A stretch of DNA of 64,000 nt from an uncultured Bacilli bacterium (GTDB lineage: Bacteria; Bacillota_I; Bacilli_A; RF39; UBA660): contig CAKOHR010000001.1 in assembly GCA_934085825.1 (NCBI GenBank), forward strand, positions 64,379-128,378. The letters run 5' to 3'. The position numbers were made by a program, and so were the translations under genes. The first letter of the stretch is position 1. Each line of letters begins with the position of its first letter. Shown here piece by piece: positions 1 to 9,217 of this stretch. The notes below the pieces were generated by a model. That model was not told the origin of the DNA. It saw nothing but the letters and a program-made list of their open reading frames with translations, and did not search any database.

Positions 1-1163
1 CAAAAGTATGGGTTGCATCTGGTCATGTTGCTTCTTTTGCAGATCCATTAATTGATTGTAAGAAGTGTAAGGCAAGACACAGAGCTGATAAACTAATTGA
101 AGACTTTACTCATGGTGAAGTTACTGGTGATGGTTGGGATAATGAAAAATTAGAAAACTTCATTAAAGAAAACAATATTACATGTCCAGTATGTGGTAAA
201 AGCGATTTTACACCGATTAGAAAGTTTAACTTATTATTTGAAACATCTATTGGGGTAACTGATGATACAAAAAATACTGTTTATTTACGAGGAGAAACTG
301 CGCAAGGAATTTTTGTTAATTTTAAAAATATTGAAAGAAGTATGAGACTTAAAGTGCCATTTGGTATTTGTCAAACTGGTAAAGCTTTTAGAAATGAAAT
401 AACTCCGGGCAACTTTATTTTTAGAACTCGTGAATTTGAACAAATGGAACTAGAATTTTTCTGCAAGCCTAATACTGATTTAGAATGGTTTGGTTATTGG
501 AAGAATTATTGTATGGACTTTTTAAAAACTTTAGGTATAGATAGTGATAATCTTAGATTTAGAGATCATGAAAAAGAAGAACTATCTTTTTATAGTAAGG
601 CTACAACTGATATAGAATTTATGTTCCCAATGGGTTGGGGCGAACTTTGGGGTATTGCTGATAGAACTGATTATGATTTAACTGTTCATCAAAATGCGTC
701 AGGTGCAGATTTAAGATATATGGATCCCGAAACAAATGAAAAATATTTGCCATATGTTGTTGAGCCATCCGTTGGTCTTGATAGATTAATTTTGGCAGTC
801 TTAACAAATGGTTATACTAAAGAAATGGTTGAAGGTGAGGAAAGAATAGTTTTAAAAATTCATCCAGCTTTAGCTCCATATAAGGTAACTATTCTACCAC
901 TTATTAAAAAGGTTCATGCTGATAAGGCAAATGATATTTATGCAATGCTATGTAAATATTTTGATTGTCAATATGATGAATCTGGTTCAATTGGTAAAAG
1001 ATATAGAAGAAGTGATGCTATAGGTACGCCTTTTGCTATAACAATTGATAATGAAACAATAGAAAATAATACTGTAACAGTTAGAGATAGAGATACAATG
1101 GAACAAATTACTTTAAAAGTAGACGAATTAGTATCATTTATTAGTAAAAAGATTGAATTATAG
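1..1163 (+). CDS. glyQS: glycyl-tRNA synthetase (class II, GlyQS type), C-terminal portion; 5' end lies outside the window
   Basis: The reading frame is open from the window edge. Translation from nt 3 gives KVWVASGHVASFADPLIDCKKCKARHRADKL, continuous with the tracked ORF 342..1163. It carries class II aaRS / anticodon-binding-like motifs. Confidence 0.8.
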   Translation, partial: KVWVASGHVASFADPLIDCKKCKARHRADKLIEDFTHGEVTGDGWDNEKLENFIKENNITCPVCGKSDFTPIRKFNLLFETSIGVTDDTKNTVYLRGETAQGIFVNFKNIERSMRLKVPFGICQTGKAFRNEITPGNFIFRTREFEQMELEFFCKPNTDLEWFGYWKNYCMDFLKTLGIDSDNLRFRDHEKEELSFYSKATTDIEFMFPMGWGELWGIADRTDYDLTVHQNASGADLRYMDPETNEKYLPYVVEPSVGLDRLILAVLTNGYTKEMVEGEERIVLKIHPALAPYKVTILPLIKKVHADKANDIYAMLCKYFDCQYDESGSIGKRYRRSDAIGTPFAITIDNETIENNTVTVRDRDTMEQITLKVDELVSFISKKIEL

Positions 1164-1305
1164 TTTTAAAGTTAGAGAAAAACTCTAGCTTTAATCTTTT
1201 TATATAGCAATTTTATTAATTAGGAAAAAAAATATTGTGTAAAACTCTTGTAAAAATTTTAAAAGTTTGATAAAATGGGATAGTAGACTAGGGAGGAAAT
1301 CAATT

Positions 1306-1716
1306 ATGGGATTTAGCTTAAAAAATATTTTCAAAGATGATGATGATGCAGAAAATTTAAATGGTACTGAAGATGCGTACTATAATATTTCTGAAGAAGA
1401 TGCTGTTAAAGAAGCTGATAAAACTGGAAATAAAATGATTTTACTTGAACCTCGTGCGTACTCTGAATCACAACAAATTGCTGATCATTTAAAAAATAGA
1501 AACAGTGTTGTAGTTAATTTAAAAAGAGTTACATCTGATCAAGCTAAGAGAATTATTGATTTTTTGAGTGGTGTTATCTATGCAATTGGTGGATCAATGC
1601 AAAAAATAGGTGTTGGTATTTATTTAGTGGCACCGAAAAATGTTAATGTTCAAGGAAAAATTACGGATGATGCAGAAAAGCCAAGTAAAAGTACAGATGA
1701 AGAACTAGACTGGTAA
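1306..1716 (+). CDS. sepF: cell division protein SepF
   Basis: GGGAGG RBS at 1291-1296, then ATG at 1306. About 137 aa, an acidic N-terminal region followed by a conserved SepF-like core (EPRAYSESQQIADHLKNRNSVVVNLKRV...). Directly followed by divIVA, as in Firmicutes. Confidence 0.75.
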   Translation: MGFSLKNIFKDDDDAENLNGTEDAYYNISEEDAVKEADKTGNKMILLEPRAYSESQQIADHLKNRNSVVVNLKRVTSDQAKRIIDFLSGVIYAIGGSMQKIGVGIYLVAPKNVNVQGKITDDAEKPSKSTDEELDW

Positions 1717-1732
1717 TATAGGTGGTGGCCTT

Positions 1733-2161
1733 ATGGTAAATAAATTTAGTACAAGTATTCAAGGCTATAAAAAAGAAGAAGTTAATGATTTTGTTAAGGA
1801 AGTAACTGCAGAATATGAGAACATGTTACAAAAACTTAAAAACAGTTGTGAGATTATTGAGAATTTAAAAGGGGAACTTAAGCATTATAAAGATATTGAA
1901 GCAACTTTAAATCGAGCTATTCTTGTAGCGGAAGAATCAACTAGTAATATAAAAAAAGCAGCTTATGATGAATCTAAGGTGATTTTAGAAGATGCTAAAA
2001 GAAATGCGACAAAAGTTATAAATAATGCCCTTCAGAAAGCTGAAAGAATTGAATCTGAAGCTGAGAGTATGAGAAGAAAAGTTGCAGTTTATAAAAGAAG
2101 ATTTAGAACTTTAGTGGAAGATCAACTCGATGAAATAGAACAGTTTGATGATAGGTTATAA
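1733..2161 (+). CDS. divIVA: DivIVA-domain coiled-coil protein
   Basis: N-terminal DivIVA-like motif (FSTSIQGYKKEEVNDFV), then a coiled-coil. Follows sepF. Confidence 0.7.
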   Translation: MVNKFSTSIQGYKKEEVNDFVKEVTAEYENMLQKLKNSCEIIENLKGELKHYKDIEATLNRAILVAEESTSNIKKAAYDESKVILEDAKRNATKVINNALQKAERIESEAESMRRKVAVYKRRFRTLVEDQLDEIEQFDDRL

Positions 2162-2166
2162 AAAAA

Positions 2167-2195
2167 GCACTACTTTTTCTTAGTAGTGTTTTTTG
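2167..2195 (+). terminator. rho-independent terminator after divIVA
   Basis: Hairpin cactact / agtagtg at 2168-2188 followed by a T-run. Confidence 0.5.
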
Positions 2196-2499
2196 ATGCA
2201 GTTATAAACTCATTTATTTTTCTCATTATAACGTAGCTTCTAGTTATCAAAAATCCAATTCCGAAAATAATTAACATTCCTCCATATGCGTATTGTGCAT
2301 ATGAATTTTTTTTGGTATATGCTTCATATAGCATATAAATGCCAAATAAAATTAAAATAATACTATAAATTAAGATTCTTATAAATCTTTGTTTTAAGTT
2401 TTTTCCTAATTCTGTTTCATATAATTCTTTTTTTGCTTCTTTTTTTTCTTCCTTGGATAGTCTTTGATATTTATATTTTTTCATAATTTTAATCACCAT
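2170..2499 (-). CDS. hypothetical small K-rich membrane protein
   Basis: 109-aa ORF with two hydrophobic helices. Its 3' end overlaps the divIVA terminator hairpin, so it is uncertain. Confidence 0.3.
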   Translation of the reverse strand: MVIKIMKKYKYQRLSKEEKKEAKKELYETELGKNLKQRFIRILIYSIILILFGIYMLYEAYTKKNSYAQYAYGGMLIIFGIGFLITRSYVIMRKINEFITASKNTTKKK

Positions 2500-2574
2500 T
2501 AAAATTATAACATAAAATAAAAGACTAGTAAAATAAAAAGTTTTTTTGTATAATTATAAAGAGGATGTGATAGT

Positions 2575-3210
2575 GTGAAAAAATTAAAAATTATTTTTGG
2601 AATTTTGATAGCAATTGTTGGTGGCTTTTTTGCTGTTAAGTTTGTACTTAGGATTATGGAAGATAATAGGATAAAACAAATTAAAAATGGTTGGCATATT
2701 GAAGTTGTTAACGATTATATTAAAGTGAGAAAAGAACCTGATCGTAATAGTTCTGAACTTGGTGAAGTTGAAAAAGGTGGAGTTTATAAAGTTGATGATT
2801 ATGAAAATTTAAGTGGAAATTTTTGGTATCATGTAGAATATGAAAAAGGAAAATGGGGATGGGTTGCTAATCCAGTTGGAAAAGATTATCTTAATGATAC
2901 TAATAATGATGATGATATTAAGTCCCCAACAATTAAATTTTCTGAACAAGTATATTATGTAGATTCTATAGATGATATTACATATGATCATTTAGAAGTA
3001 ACTGATGATAAACCTGGTGTTACTGTGACTCATAAAGTTTATCATGAACTTGATGAATCTCAAAATAAAGATCAATATTGGATTTTATATATTGCTACAG
3101 ATGCTGTTGGAAAAGTAACTAAAAGAGTTCAAAAAATAGAATTTAATAAAAAGCCTGATGAATCTGAAGTTTTAGATTTTAGTTTATTGGCTGAAGATAG
3201 AAAAAATTAA
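2575..3210 (+). CDS. membrane-anchored protein with a bacterial SH3-like domain
   Basis: N-terminal TM helix. The GWHIEVVNDYIKVRKEPDRNSSELGEVEKGGVYKV...WYHVEYEKGKWGWVA pattern is typical of SH3b domains. Confidence 0.5.
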   Translation: MKKLKIIFGILIAIVGGFFAVKFVLRIMEDNRIKQIKNGWHIEVVNDYIKVRKEPDRNSSELGEVEKGGVYKVDDYENLSGNFWYHVEYEKGKWGWVANPVGKDYLNDTNNDDDIKSPTIKFSEQVYYVDSIDDITYDHLEVTDDKPGVTVTHKVYHELDESQNKDQYWILYIATDAVGKVTKRVQKIEFNKKPDESEVLDFSLLAEDRKN

Positions 3211-3267
3211 TTTATTAATCAATGGAAAACAAAAAAACTCTCAAAGTTGAGAGTATAGTACTAAATT

Positions 3268-3343
3268 TGGTGTCCCCTCAGGGATTCGAACCCTGGACCC
3301 ATTGATTAAGAGTCAATTGCTCTACCAACTGAGCTAAGGAGAC
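3268..3343 (-). tRNA. tRNA-Lys (anticodon CTT)
   Basis: The reverse complement folds as a cloverleaf: GTCTCCT acceptor, GCTCAGTTGGTAGAGC D-arm, anticodon stem ATTGA/TCAAT with loop CTCTTAA, GGTTCGAATCC T-arm, encoded CCA. Confidence 0.85.
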
Positions 3344-3530
3344 ATAAAAATTTTTTAGTACGAGTAAATTATATCAAAAAGTTATTCATAATGCAAGATG
3401 TTTCGAAAATAATTGTTAATTTCTTGTTATCGTTCAGTCAAGAGATAGATAAATTTCTTATATAAATTTTGAAGATAAAATGTTTTTTTTATTAATGATG
3501 TTAATAAAGATAAGAAAACTATTTCATAAA

Positions 3531-3559
3531 TTGCAATGAAGTAGTTTTTTTGTTATAAT
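3531..3559 (+). promoter_or_regulatory. sigma-A-like promoter upstream of ftsY
   Basis: TTGCAA (3531-3536), a 17-nt spacer, then TATAAT (3554-3559). A GGAGGG RBS precedes the ATG at 3580. Confidence 0.4.
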
Positions 3560-3579
3560 TTAAAAGGAGGGTAATTATT

Positions 3580-4566
3580 ATGGGATTTTTTGATAAATTA
3601 AAAAATATTATTAATAAAAAAGAAAAATTTGAAGAAAAAGATGAAAATGTAAAGAAGTATGATGCGGGATTAGAAAAATCTAGAAATGAATTTGTTTCTA
3701 AACTTAGTATGTTGGGGATTAAGTATACAAAGGTTAATGACGAATATTTTGATGAATTAGAAAATATTTTAATTATGGCAGATATTGGGGTTAACACTGT
3801 TATGGACTTTATGGATCGTCTTAGAAAAAGAGTAAAGTCTGAAAATATAACTGATACTAAATATTTAAATGAGGTCATAGTTGATGAACTTTTTATAATT
3901 TACGTTAATAACGAAAATATTACTGATAAAATCAAAATGGCTGATAGTGGACCAACAGTTATACTTATGGTTGGGGTAAATGGTGTTGGAAAAACCACAA
4001 CAATTGCTAAACTTGCTCATAAATATAAAAGTGATGGTAAAAAAGTTATGCTTGTTGCTGGTGATACTTTTAGAGCTGGAGCTGTTGAACAATTAAAAAT
4101 TTGGGCTGATCGAACTGATTCATTGTTTTATGGAAAAGAAAATACTGATCCAGCTGGAGTAATTTATGATGGACTTATTAAGGCAAAAGAAGAAAATGCT
4201 GATATTGTTTTGATTGATACAGCAGGTAGGCTTCATAATAAAGTTAATTTGATGAAAGAACTAGAAAAAATAAATAAGGTAATTGGCAAACTTATACCAA
4301 ACGCACCTCATGAAACACTACTTGTTATTGATGCTACGACTGGACAAAATGGAATAATGCAAGCAAAAGCTTTTAAAGAAATAACTGATATTACAGGTAT
4401 TGTTTTAACTAAACTTGATGGAACTGCTAAAGGTGGAATTGTACTTGCTATTAAGGAAGAAGTAAATATTCCTGTTAGGTTTGTTGGTCTTGGAGAAAAA
4501 ATGACTGATTTAATTCCATTTGATATAGAAAATTATATTTATGGACTTTTTAAGGATTTAATGTGA
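3580..4566 (+). CDS. ftsY: signal recognition particle receptor FtsY
   Basis: SRP GTPase NG domain: GVNGVGKTTT (G1), DTFRAGA, DTAGR, TKLDGTAKGG. Confidence 0.9.
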   Translation: MGFFDKLKNIINKKEKFEEKDENVKKYDAGLEKSRNEFVSKLSMLGIKYTKVNDEYFDELENILIMADIGVNTVMDFMDRLRKRVKSENITDTKYLNEVIVDELFIIYVNNENITDKIKMADSGPTVILMVGVNGVGKTTTIAKLAHKYKSDGKKVMLVAGDTFRAGAVEQLKIWADRTDSLFYGKENTDPAGVIYDGLIKAKEENADIVLIDTAGRLHNKVNLMKELEKINKVIGKLIPNAPHETLLVIDATTGQNGIMQAKAFKEITDITGIVLTKLDGTAKGGIVLAIKEEVNIPVRFVGLGEKMTDLIPFDIENYIYGLFKDLM

Positions 4567-4862
4567 TGGAAGATTTTGTATATTATGATCAATTATTTAA
4601 TATTTATGGTTCACTTTTAAATGAATCTAATAGAAAATATTATAGACTTTATTATGAAGAAAATTTTACTTTACAGGAGATTGCTGATTTAAAAAATGTA
4701 TCTAAAAGTTATGTGGGTAATATTATAAGTAAAACAAGCAAAAAGTTAAAAGAATACGAAAATGAATTGCATATTTTGAGAGATAGAAATGAGCTTATAA
4801 AAATTTTATCAATTAATGATATTCTTGAAATAAAAAGTATGATTAAAAATATGTTAAATTGA
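4563..4862 (+). CDS. ylxM: YlxM/UPF0122 family putative DNA-binding protein
   Basis: 99 aa, start overlaps the ftsY stop. Has the conserved YlxM-like helix-turn-helix (LTLQEIADLKNVSKSYV). Confidence 0.7.
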   Translation: MMEDFVYYDQLFNIYGSLLNESNRKYYRLYYEENFTLQEIADLKNVSKSYVGNIISKTSKKLKEYENELHILRDRNELIKILSINDILEIKSMIKNMLN

Positions 4863-5350
4863 TGGAAATAAAAAAATAAACGTGCTAAAATGAATATTAA
4901 TAGAGGTAGGGATTTATGAGAAGGTATATTTTAGTTAGTTTATTTTTTTTATTGCTTTATTGGTCAAGTTAATGCAAAAAGTTGATGCTGTTCACATCAT
5001 AATGGGGTTGTTGGTTGCAATCAATATGGTAGAACGGTTTGTAATGATGGTACTATAAGCCCTACGTGTATTTGTGAGCCTGAGATAATTGGTACTATAA
5101 AAGGCTGCATGGATATTTCTGCTAAAAATTACGATCAAAATGCAAATGTTTCAGAGGTTTGTTTATATCAATCTGTGAAAGAAAATGCTACTAATTCCCA
5201 GAAAAATGTAAATGAGGATAGTAATGATAATTTTATGTTTGGTTTTTAAACTTTAAGAGCAATTGTTGTAGGCGCAACATTGAAGAAAAAAAGACGTCGT
5301 ATATAGTTCTAATTATAATTATTTATCATAATAATTAATAAGGTGTTTAT

Positions 5351-6508
5351 ATGAAAAAAAATTTATTAATTATTGTGAGTTTTTTATTTTTAGTTGTTGG
5401 AGTTAAAGCAGAGGAAGATTTTGCTCCGAATGCAAAAAGTGCAATATTAATTGATAACTTATCAGGAAAAGTACTTTATGAAAAAAATGCTGATGAAAAA
5501 TTAGCTCCGGCATCAATGACTAAACTTGGAAGCCTGCTTTTAATAATGGAAGCTTTAGATGATGGTAGTTTAAAATTAGATGATAAAGTAACAATAAGTG
5601 AAGAAGCCGCCAATATGGGCGGTAGTCAAGTTTTTTTACAAGCTGGTGAAAGTTATACCGTTCATGATCTACTTAAAGGAATTGCTATTGCTAGTGGAAA
5701 CGATGCTGTTGTGGCTATGTCGGAAAAATTGGCTGGATCTCAATCAGCTTTTGTAGAAAAACTAAATAAAAGGCTTAAAGAAATTGGAGCTGTAAATACT
5801 AATTTTGTTAATGTTCATGGGCTTGATGCTGAAGGACATTATTCTACAGCTAGAGACATGTCTATTATTGCAAGAGAACTTTTAAAATATCCTAAAATTT
5901 TGGAATATACAAGTATCTATGAGGAATATTTGAAAAAAAATGATGGCTCAAGAATTTGGCTTGTTAATACAAATAAACTAGTGAGATTTTATGAAGGAGT
6001 AGATGGCCTTAAAACTGGTTTTACTAAAACTGCTGGATATTGTTTAACTGCTACTGCTAAAAAAGATAATTTTAGATTAGTTTCGGTTGTAATGGGTGAG
6101 GATACAACAGAGAATAGAAGTAGTGATACAGTTAAATTATTAAATTATGCTTTTAATACATATAAAATTAATATTATTAAAACTAAGGGCGAAGTTTTAG
6201 GAAAAGTTAGAGTAGAACGTGGTAAAAAAGATTTTGCTAATATTGTTTTGGCTGAGGATGCAACAGAACTTTTAAAAAACACCGATGTTGAAGTAAATTA
6301 TAAATTTAATCTATTGGTTGATAAAATAAAAGCTCCAGTTAAACCCGGTGATGTAGTTGGTTATGCTGAAATAGTTGATGATTCGGGAAATATTGTTGAT
6401 GAAGTAAATGTTACTGTAGAAAGTGAGATAAAAAAAGCTAATATTTTAGATTATATGTTAAAGAATTTGCAAGTATTGGGGGCAGGTAAAACATTATTAA
6501 AACAATAA
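5351..6508 (+). CDS. D-alanyl-D-alanine carboxypeptidase (serine-type, PBP5/DacA-like)
   Basis: Signal peptide, SMTK (SxxK) active-site motif, SGN motif, and a C-terminal PBP5-type domain. Confidence 0.85.
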   Translation: MKKNLLIIVSFLFLVVGVKAEEDFAPNAKSAILIDNLSGKVLYEKNADEKLAPASMTKLGSLLLIMEALDDGSLKLDDKVTISEEAANMGGSQVFLQAGESYTVHDLLKGIAIASGNDAVVAMSEKLAGSQSAFVEKLNKRLKEIGAVNTNFVNVHGLDAEGHYSTARDMSIIARELLKYPKILEYTSIYEEYLKKNDGSRIWLVNTNKLVRFYEGVDGLKTGFTKTAGYCLTATAKKDNFRLVSVVMGEDTTENRSSDTVKLLNYAFNTYKINIIKTKGEVLGKVRVERGKKDFANIVLAEDATELLKNTDVEVNYKFNLLVDKIKAPVKPGDVVGYAEIVDDSGNIVDEVNVTVESEIKKANILDYMLKNLQVLGAGKTLLKQ

Positions 6509-6533
6509 AAAAAAGCCTTTTGGGCTTTTTATA
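6509..6533. terminator. bidirectional terminator between convergent genes
   Basis: aaagcc tttt ggcttt hairpin flanked by A-run and T-run. Confidence 0.5.
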
Positions 6534-7947
6534 TTGTTTTTGATGTTAATTTTCTAGTTGAATCAATATCTATAAGTACGTTATCAGAATCTTTTTTTTC
6601 ACCTTCAATAATTTTATCTAATTTGGTGTTGCAGAAATATCTTAAACGATAAATTTCTTTTTCTTCATCTGTTTCAAATAATAAATTTAAAAGTAATTCA
6701 AGACGTTTTTCTTCATCTGGTTCGTTTCCTATCTTTTTAGCTAAAATGGTTTTAAAGTTATATTCATCATAAGTGTTTAGATCATGAGATATTTGTACTA
6801 GCTTGGCAAAAAGATTTATATTTGCTAATATTTCTTTAAATGATACTTCACCATTAGCCATTCTAAATTCTATAGTGTTCTTTTCTGGTTTATTAATGTT
6901 TTGAAGATTTAATCCACGATATCTTGATGAACTTATTTTTTTTATAGTTTCAATGTAATTTGAATAGGTACGACATTTTTCTAAATCACCATTTTCGATT
7001 GAATTTATAAGTTCTTTTTTTATTTTGCCAGCAAATTTGGCAAATTTTAATCTTTTTTGAGAATAAGCTTTGTCTGTTATATTATAGATAATATCTTCAC
7101 AATTAGCAAAAAGATATAATAATGTTGCATAATCTTCCTTGGTTTTAAGGTAATCTGCTCCGATATGAACGTGACAACCGCATGATTGATCTGCTGAAAA
7201 ATTCATCTTTTCTAGAGTTGCACATACGGCTTCAAGTGTAGTAAGGTCCTCTTTTGTGTAGTGGAGAATTGGTGATATAACTTCAAATCCTTTTTTTACA
7301 GAATTATCTTTTGTTATTTCAAATGTATCAAATAAACTAGGAATATTTATAAAACGTTTAATATCTGGATTAATGACTTCTAGTTCAATCCCGATAGTTA
7401 TTTCTGGAGATACCGTACTTGTAACCATATCATCGTTTTCATTTGTATAAAGATTTTTGTTGGCTTTATTGTTGGTGTTTAATAAATATTTTACATCTTT
7501 ATCTTGTATTTTGCTAATTAAATATTGCTCAATTTCACTTTCACTTCCGTAGCAATGGTATACATTTTTTATTAATTCCATTCTGTCTTCAAGCGTTTCA
7601 GCTTCTTCAAATGTTTTTAGTATTTGTTCTTTGTCTTGTGCTGCCACTATAAACATACTTTTTAAAGGAAAGTATGTAGGTTTCATTTTATCTAAAAATT
7701 CTAAAGCCACAACACGTAATGCTTCAGGTGTAAATAGTTTTTTTATTGTTTGTAAATCAAAACGATAATACATTAATGTGTATTTATTAAAAATTTTTTC
7801 TCTTAATTCAGAGTCTTTTATTGATAAAACAATTATTAAAAATTGATCTTGCTTAATTGTAGTATTCTTTTTTAAATATTCAATTAATGCTTCATCATCC
7901 TTACTTTCAAAGTATTTTTTTAATTGCATAATTAACATTTCATTCAT
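6529..7947 (-). CDS. hypothetical protein with a C-terminal glutamine-synthetase-like amidoligase-type domain (tentative)
   Basis: 472 aa. The C-terminal half carries IGIELEV, KKGFEVISPIL, GCHVHIG and TIEFRMANG, which I recognise as the strand motifs of the GCS2/Amidoligase_2-type carboxylate-amine ligase fold. The N-terminal ~180 aa are unique. Confidence 0.5.
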   Translation of the reverse strand: MNEMLIMQLKKYFESKDDEALIEYLKKNTTIKQDQFLIIVLSIKDSELREKIFNKYTLMYYRFDLQTIKKLFTPEALRVVALEFLDKMKPTYFPLKSMFIVAAQDKEQILKTFEEAETLEDRMELIKNVYHCYGSESEIEQYLISKIQDKDVKYLLNTNNKANKNLYTNENDDMVTSTVSPEITIGIELEVINPDIKRFINIPSLFDTFEITKDNSVKKGFEVISPILHYTKEDLTTLEAVCATLEKMNFSADQSCGCHVHIGADYLKTKEDYATLLYLFANCEDIIYNITDKAYSQKRLKFAKFAGKIKKELINSIENGDLEKCRTYSNYIETIKKISSSRYRGLNLQNINKPEKNTIEFRMANGEVSFKEILANINLFAKLVQISHDLNTYDEYNFKTILAKKIGNEPDEEKRLELLLNLLFETDEEKEIYRLRYFCNTKLDKIIEGEKKDSDNVLIDIDSTRKLTSKTI

Positions 7948-8029
7948 AACACAACCCCCAATTTAATATAATGTTATCACATTTTGTGGCTTTTGTCAAA
8001 TTGGCTATGCTATGAAAAAAATTGAAGAC

Positions 8030-8548
8030 TTAATATTTAAAGTCTTCAATTTCAGTTTTAGATTTATGTGGTTCATCAAATAACAAACCATCGTAATTTC
8101 TTTGTCTTAAAGCTTCATATAGCATAATTGCTACAGTGTTTGATAAATTAAGTGCTCTAACATTATCTGTCATTGGCATTCTCATGCATTTATCAATGTG
8201 GGGTTTTAATATCCCTTTAGGAATACCTGTTGATTCTTTTCCAAATACAAAAAATATATTTTCTTTAGTATTGCTATAATCAAAACTAGAGTGGGGCTTA
8301 TGACCATATCTTGTCAAAAAATAAAATGTGCCATCTGCGTTTTTGTCTAAAAAATCTTCCCAATTTTCATAAACATACCATTTTAATTTATCTATGTAAT
8401 TGACTCCACTTCTTTTAAGTGATGCATCATCTACTTTAAAACCTAATGGTTTAATTAAATGTAAAGTAGTATTTGTTGCTACACATGTTCTCATTATATT
8501 TCCAGTGTTTTGTGGGATTTCTGGTTCAAATAAAACAACATTTAACAT
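8030..8548 (-). CDS. trmL: tRNA (cytidine/uridine-2'-O)-methyltransferase TrmL (SpoU family)
   Basis: LFEPEIPQNTGNIMRTCVATNTTLHLIKPLGF matches the SPOUT-class TrmL/CspR N-terminus. About 170 aa. Confidence 0.85.
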   Translation of the reverse strand: MLNVVLFEPEIPQNTGNIMRTCVATNTTLHLIKPLGFKVDDASLKRSGVNYIDKLKWYVYENWEDFLDKNADGTFYFLTRYGHKPHSSFDYSNTKENIFFVFGKESTGIPKGILKPHIDKCMRMPMTDNVRALNLSNTVAIMLYEALRQRNYDGLLFDEPHKSKTEIEDFKY

Positions 8549-8560
8549 AATTTCACTTCC

Positions 8561-8584
8561 TTAAAAAAGGCCTTTATTGGCCTT
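8561..8584 (-). terminator. terminator after the 8574..9167 gene
   Basis: aaggcc tttatt ggcctt hairpin with a T-run on the minus strand. Confidence 0.45.
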
Positions 8585-9167
8585 GGTATTCATAAATATC
8601 TAATAGTTTTTGAAAATCACTTGCATTTATAATATTATTGTCGTCTCTATGTACTAAACTTTTAATTTTACCATCTTTGTAATAAAGTATTGTAGGAACT
8701 TTTGTAATTTTGTCTGTTTCAAAAGCATTATTTAGTCTAGTTAAGTAATTATCTTCATTTAAAATATCCTTAATATTTATGTAGTAGAATGAATCATTTA
8801 ATTTATACTTGTCAATAATTGTTTTTAATCCTGTTTCAAGATTATATGTGTCTTTGTTTCCTGTGTAAGTAATTAAAATAAAGTATTCAGTTGGTGATTC
8901 TTTAAGTATTTGACTTACTTCATCTAAATTTTTGATTTCTAGGCTAACAGTTCCTGTACTTACTAGATAGCTTGTATTATATTTTTCAGATGTATTCACT
9001 TTATTAACTCTGTAAATATAAAATATAACAAGTATTAGTAAAAGTAATATTCCAATAATTATTAGAAAATTTTTCGAAGTAAATATATTTTTAGTTTCCT
9101 TTACTTCTTTAATTTCTGTTTCAGTTTTTTTTACATTTTTTGTTTTTGTATTTGCCATATACACCAT
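8574..9167 (-). CDS. hypothetical membrane-anchored protein (single TM; thioredoxin-like C-terminal region possible)
   Basis: 197 aa. One strong TM helix, and codon usage consistent with its neighbours. Confidence 0.5.
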   Translation of the reverse strand: MVYMANTKTKNVKKTETEIKEVKETKNIFTSKNFLIIIGILLLLILVIFYIYRVNKVNTSEKYNTSYLVSTGTVSLEIKNLDEVSQILKESPTEYFILITYTGNKDTYNLETGLKTIIDKYKLNDSFYYINIKDILNEDNYLTRLNNAFETDKITKVPTILYYKDGKIKSLVHRDDNNIINASDFQKLLDIYEYQGQ

Positions 9168-9217
9168 ACCTTTCTTTTATAATATAACATATTATTTAAA
9201 TTTTTTAAATGCTTTTC

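Noticed and set aside
619-807. Short antisense ORFs inside glyQS, ftsK, ligA, tnpB, the ATPase, ezrA and other long genes (619-807, 10443-10664, 27231-27443, 28123-28320, 17722-18487, 44749-45432, 59330-59752 etc.)
   Set aside because: All are fully contained within long, well-supported genes on the opposite strand and show low-complexity composition.
3519-3878. 119-aa minus-strand ORF
   Set aside because: It is antisense to the ftsY 5' end and promoter, and is an AT-rich low-complexity translation (F/S/L/I rich).
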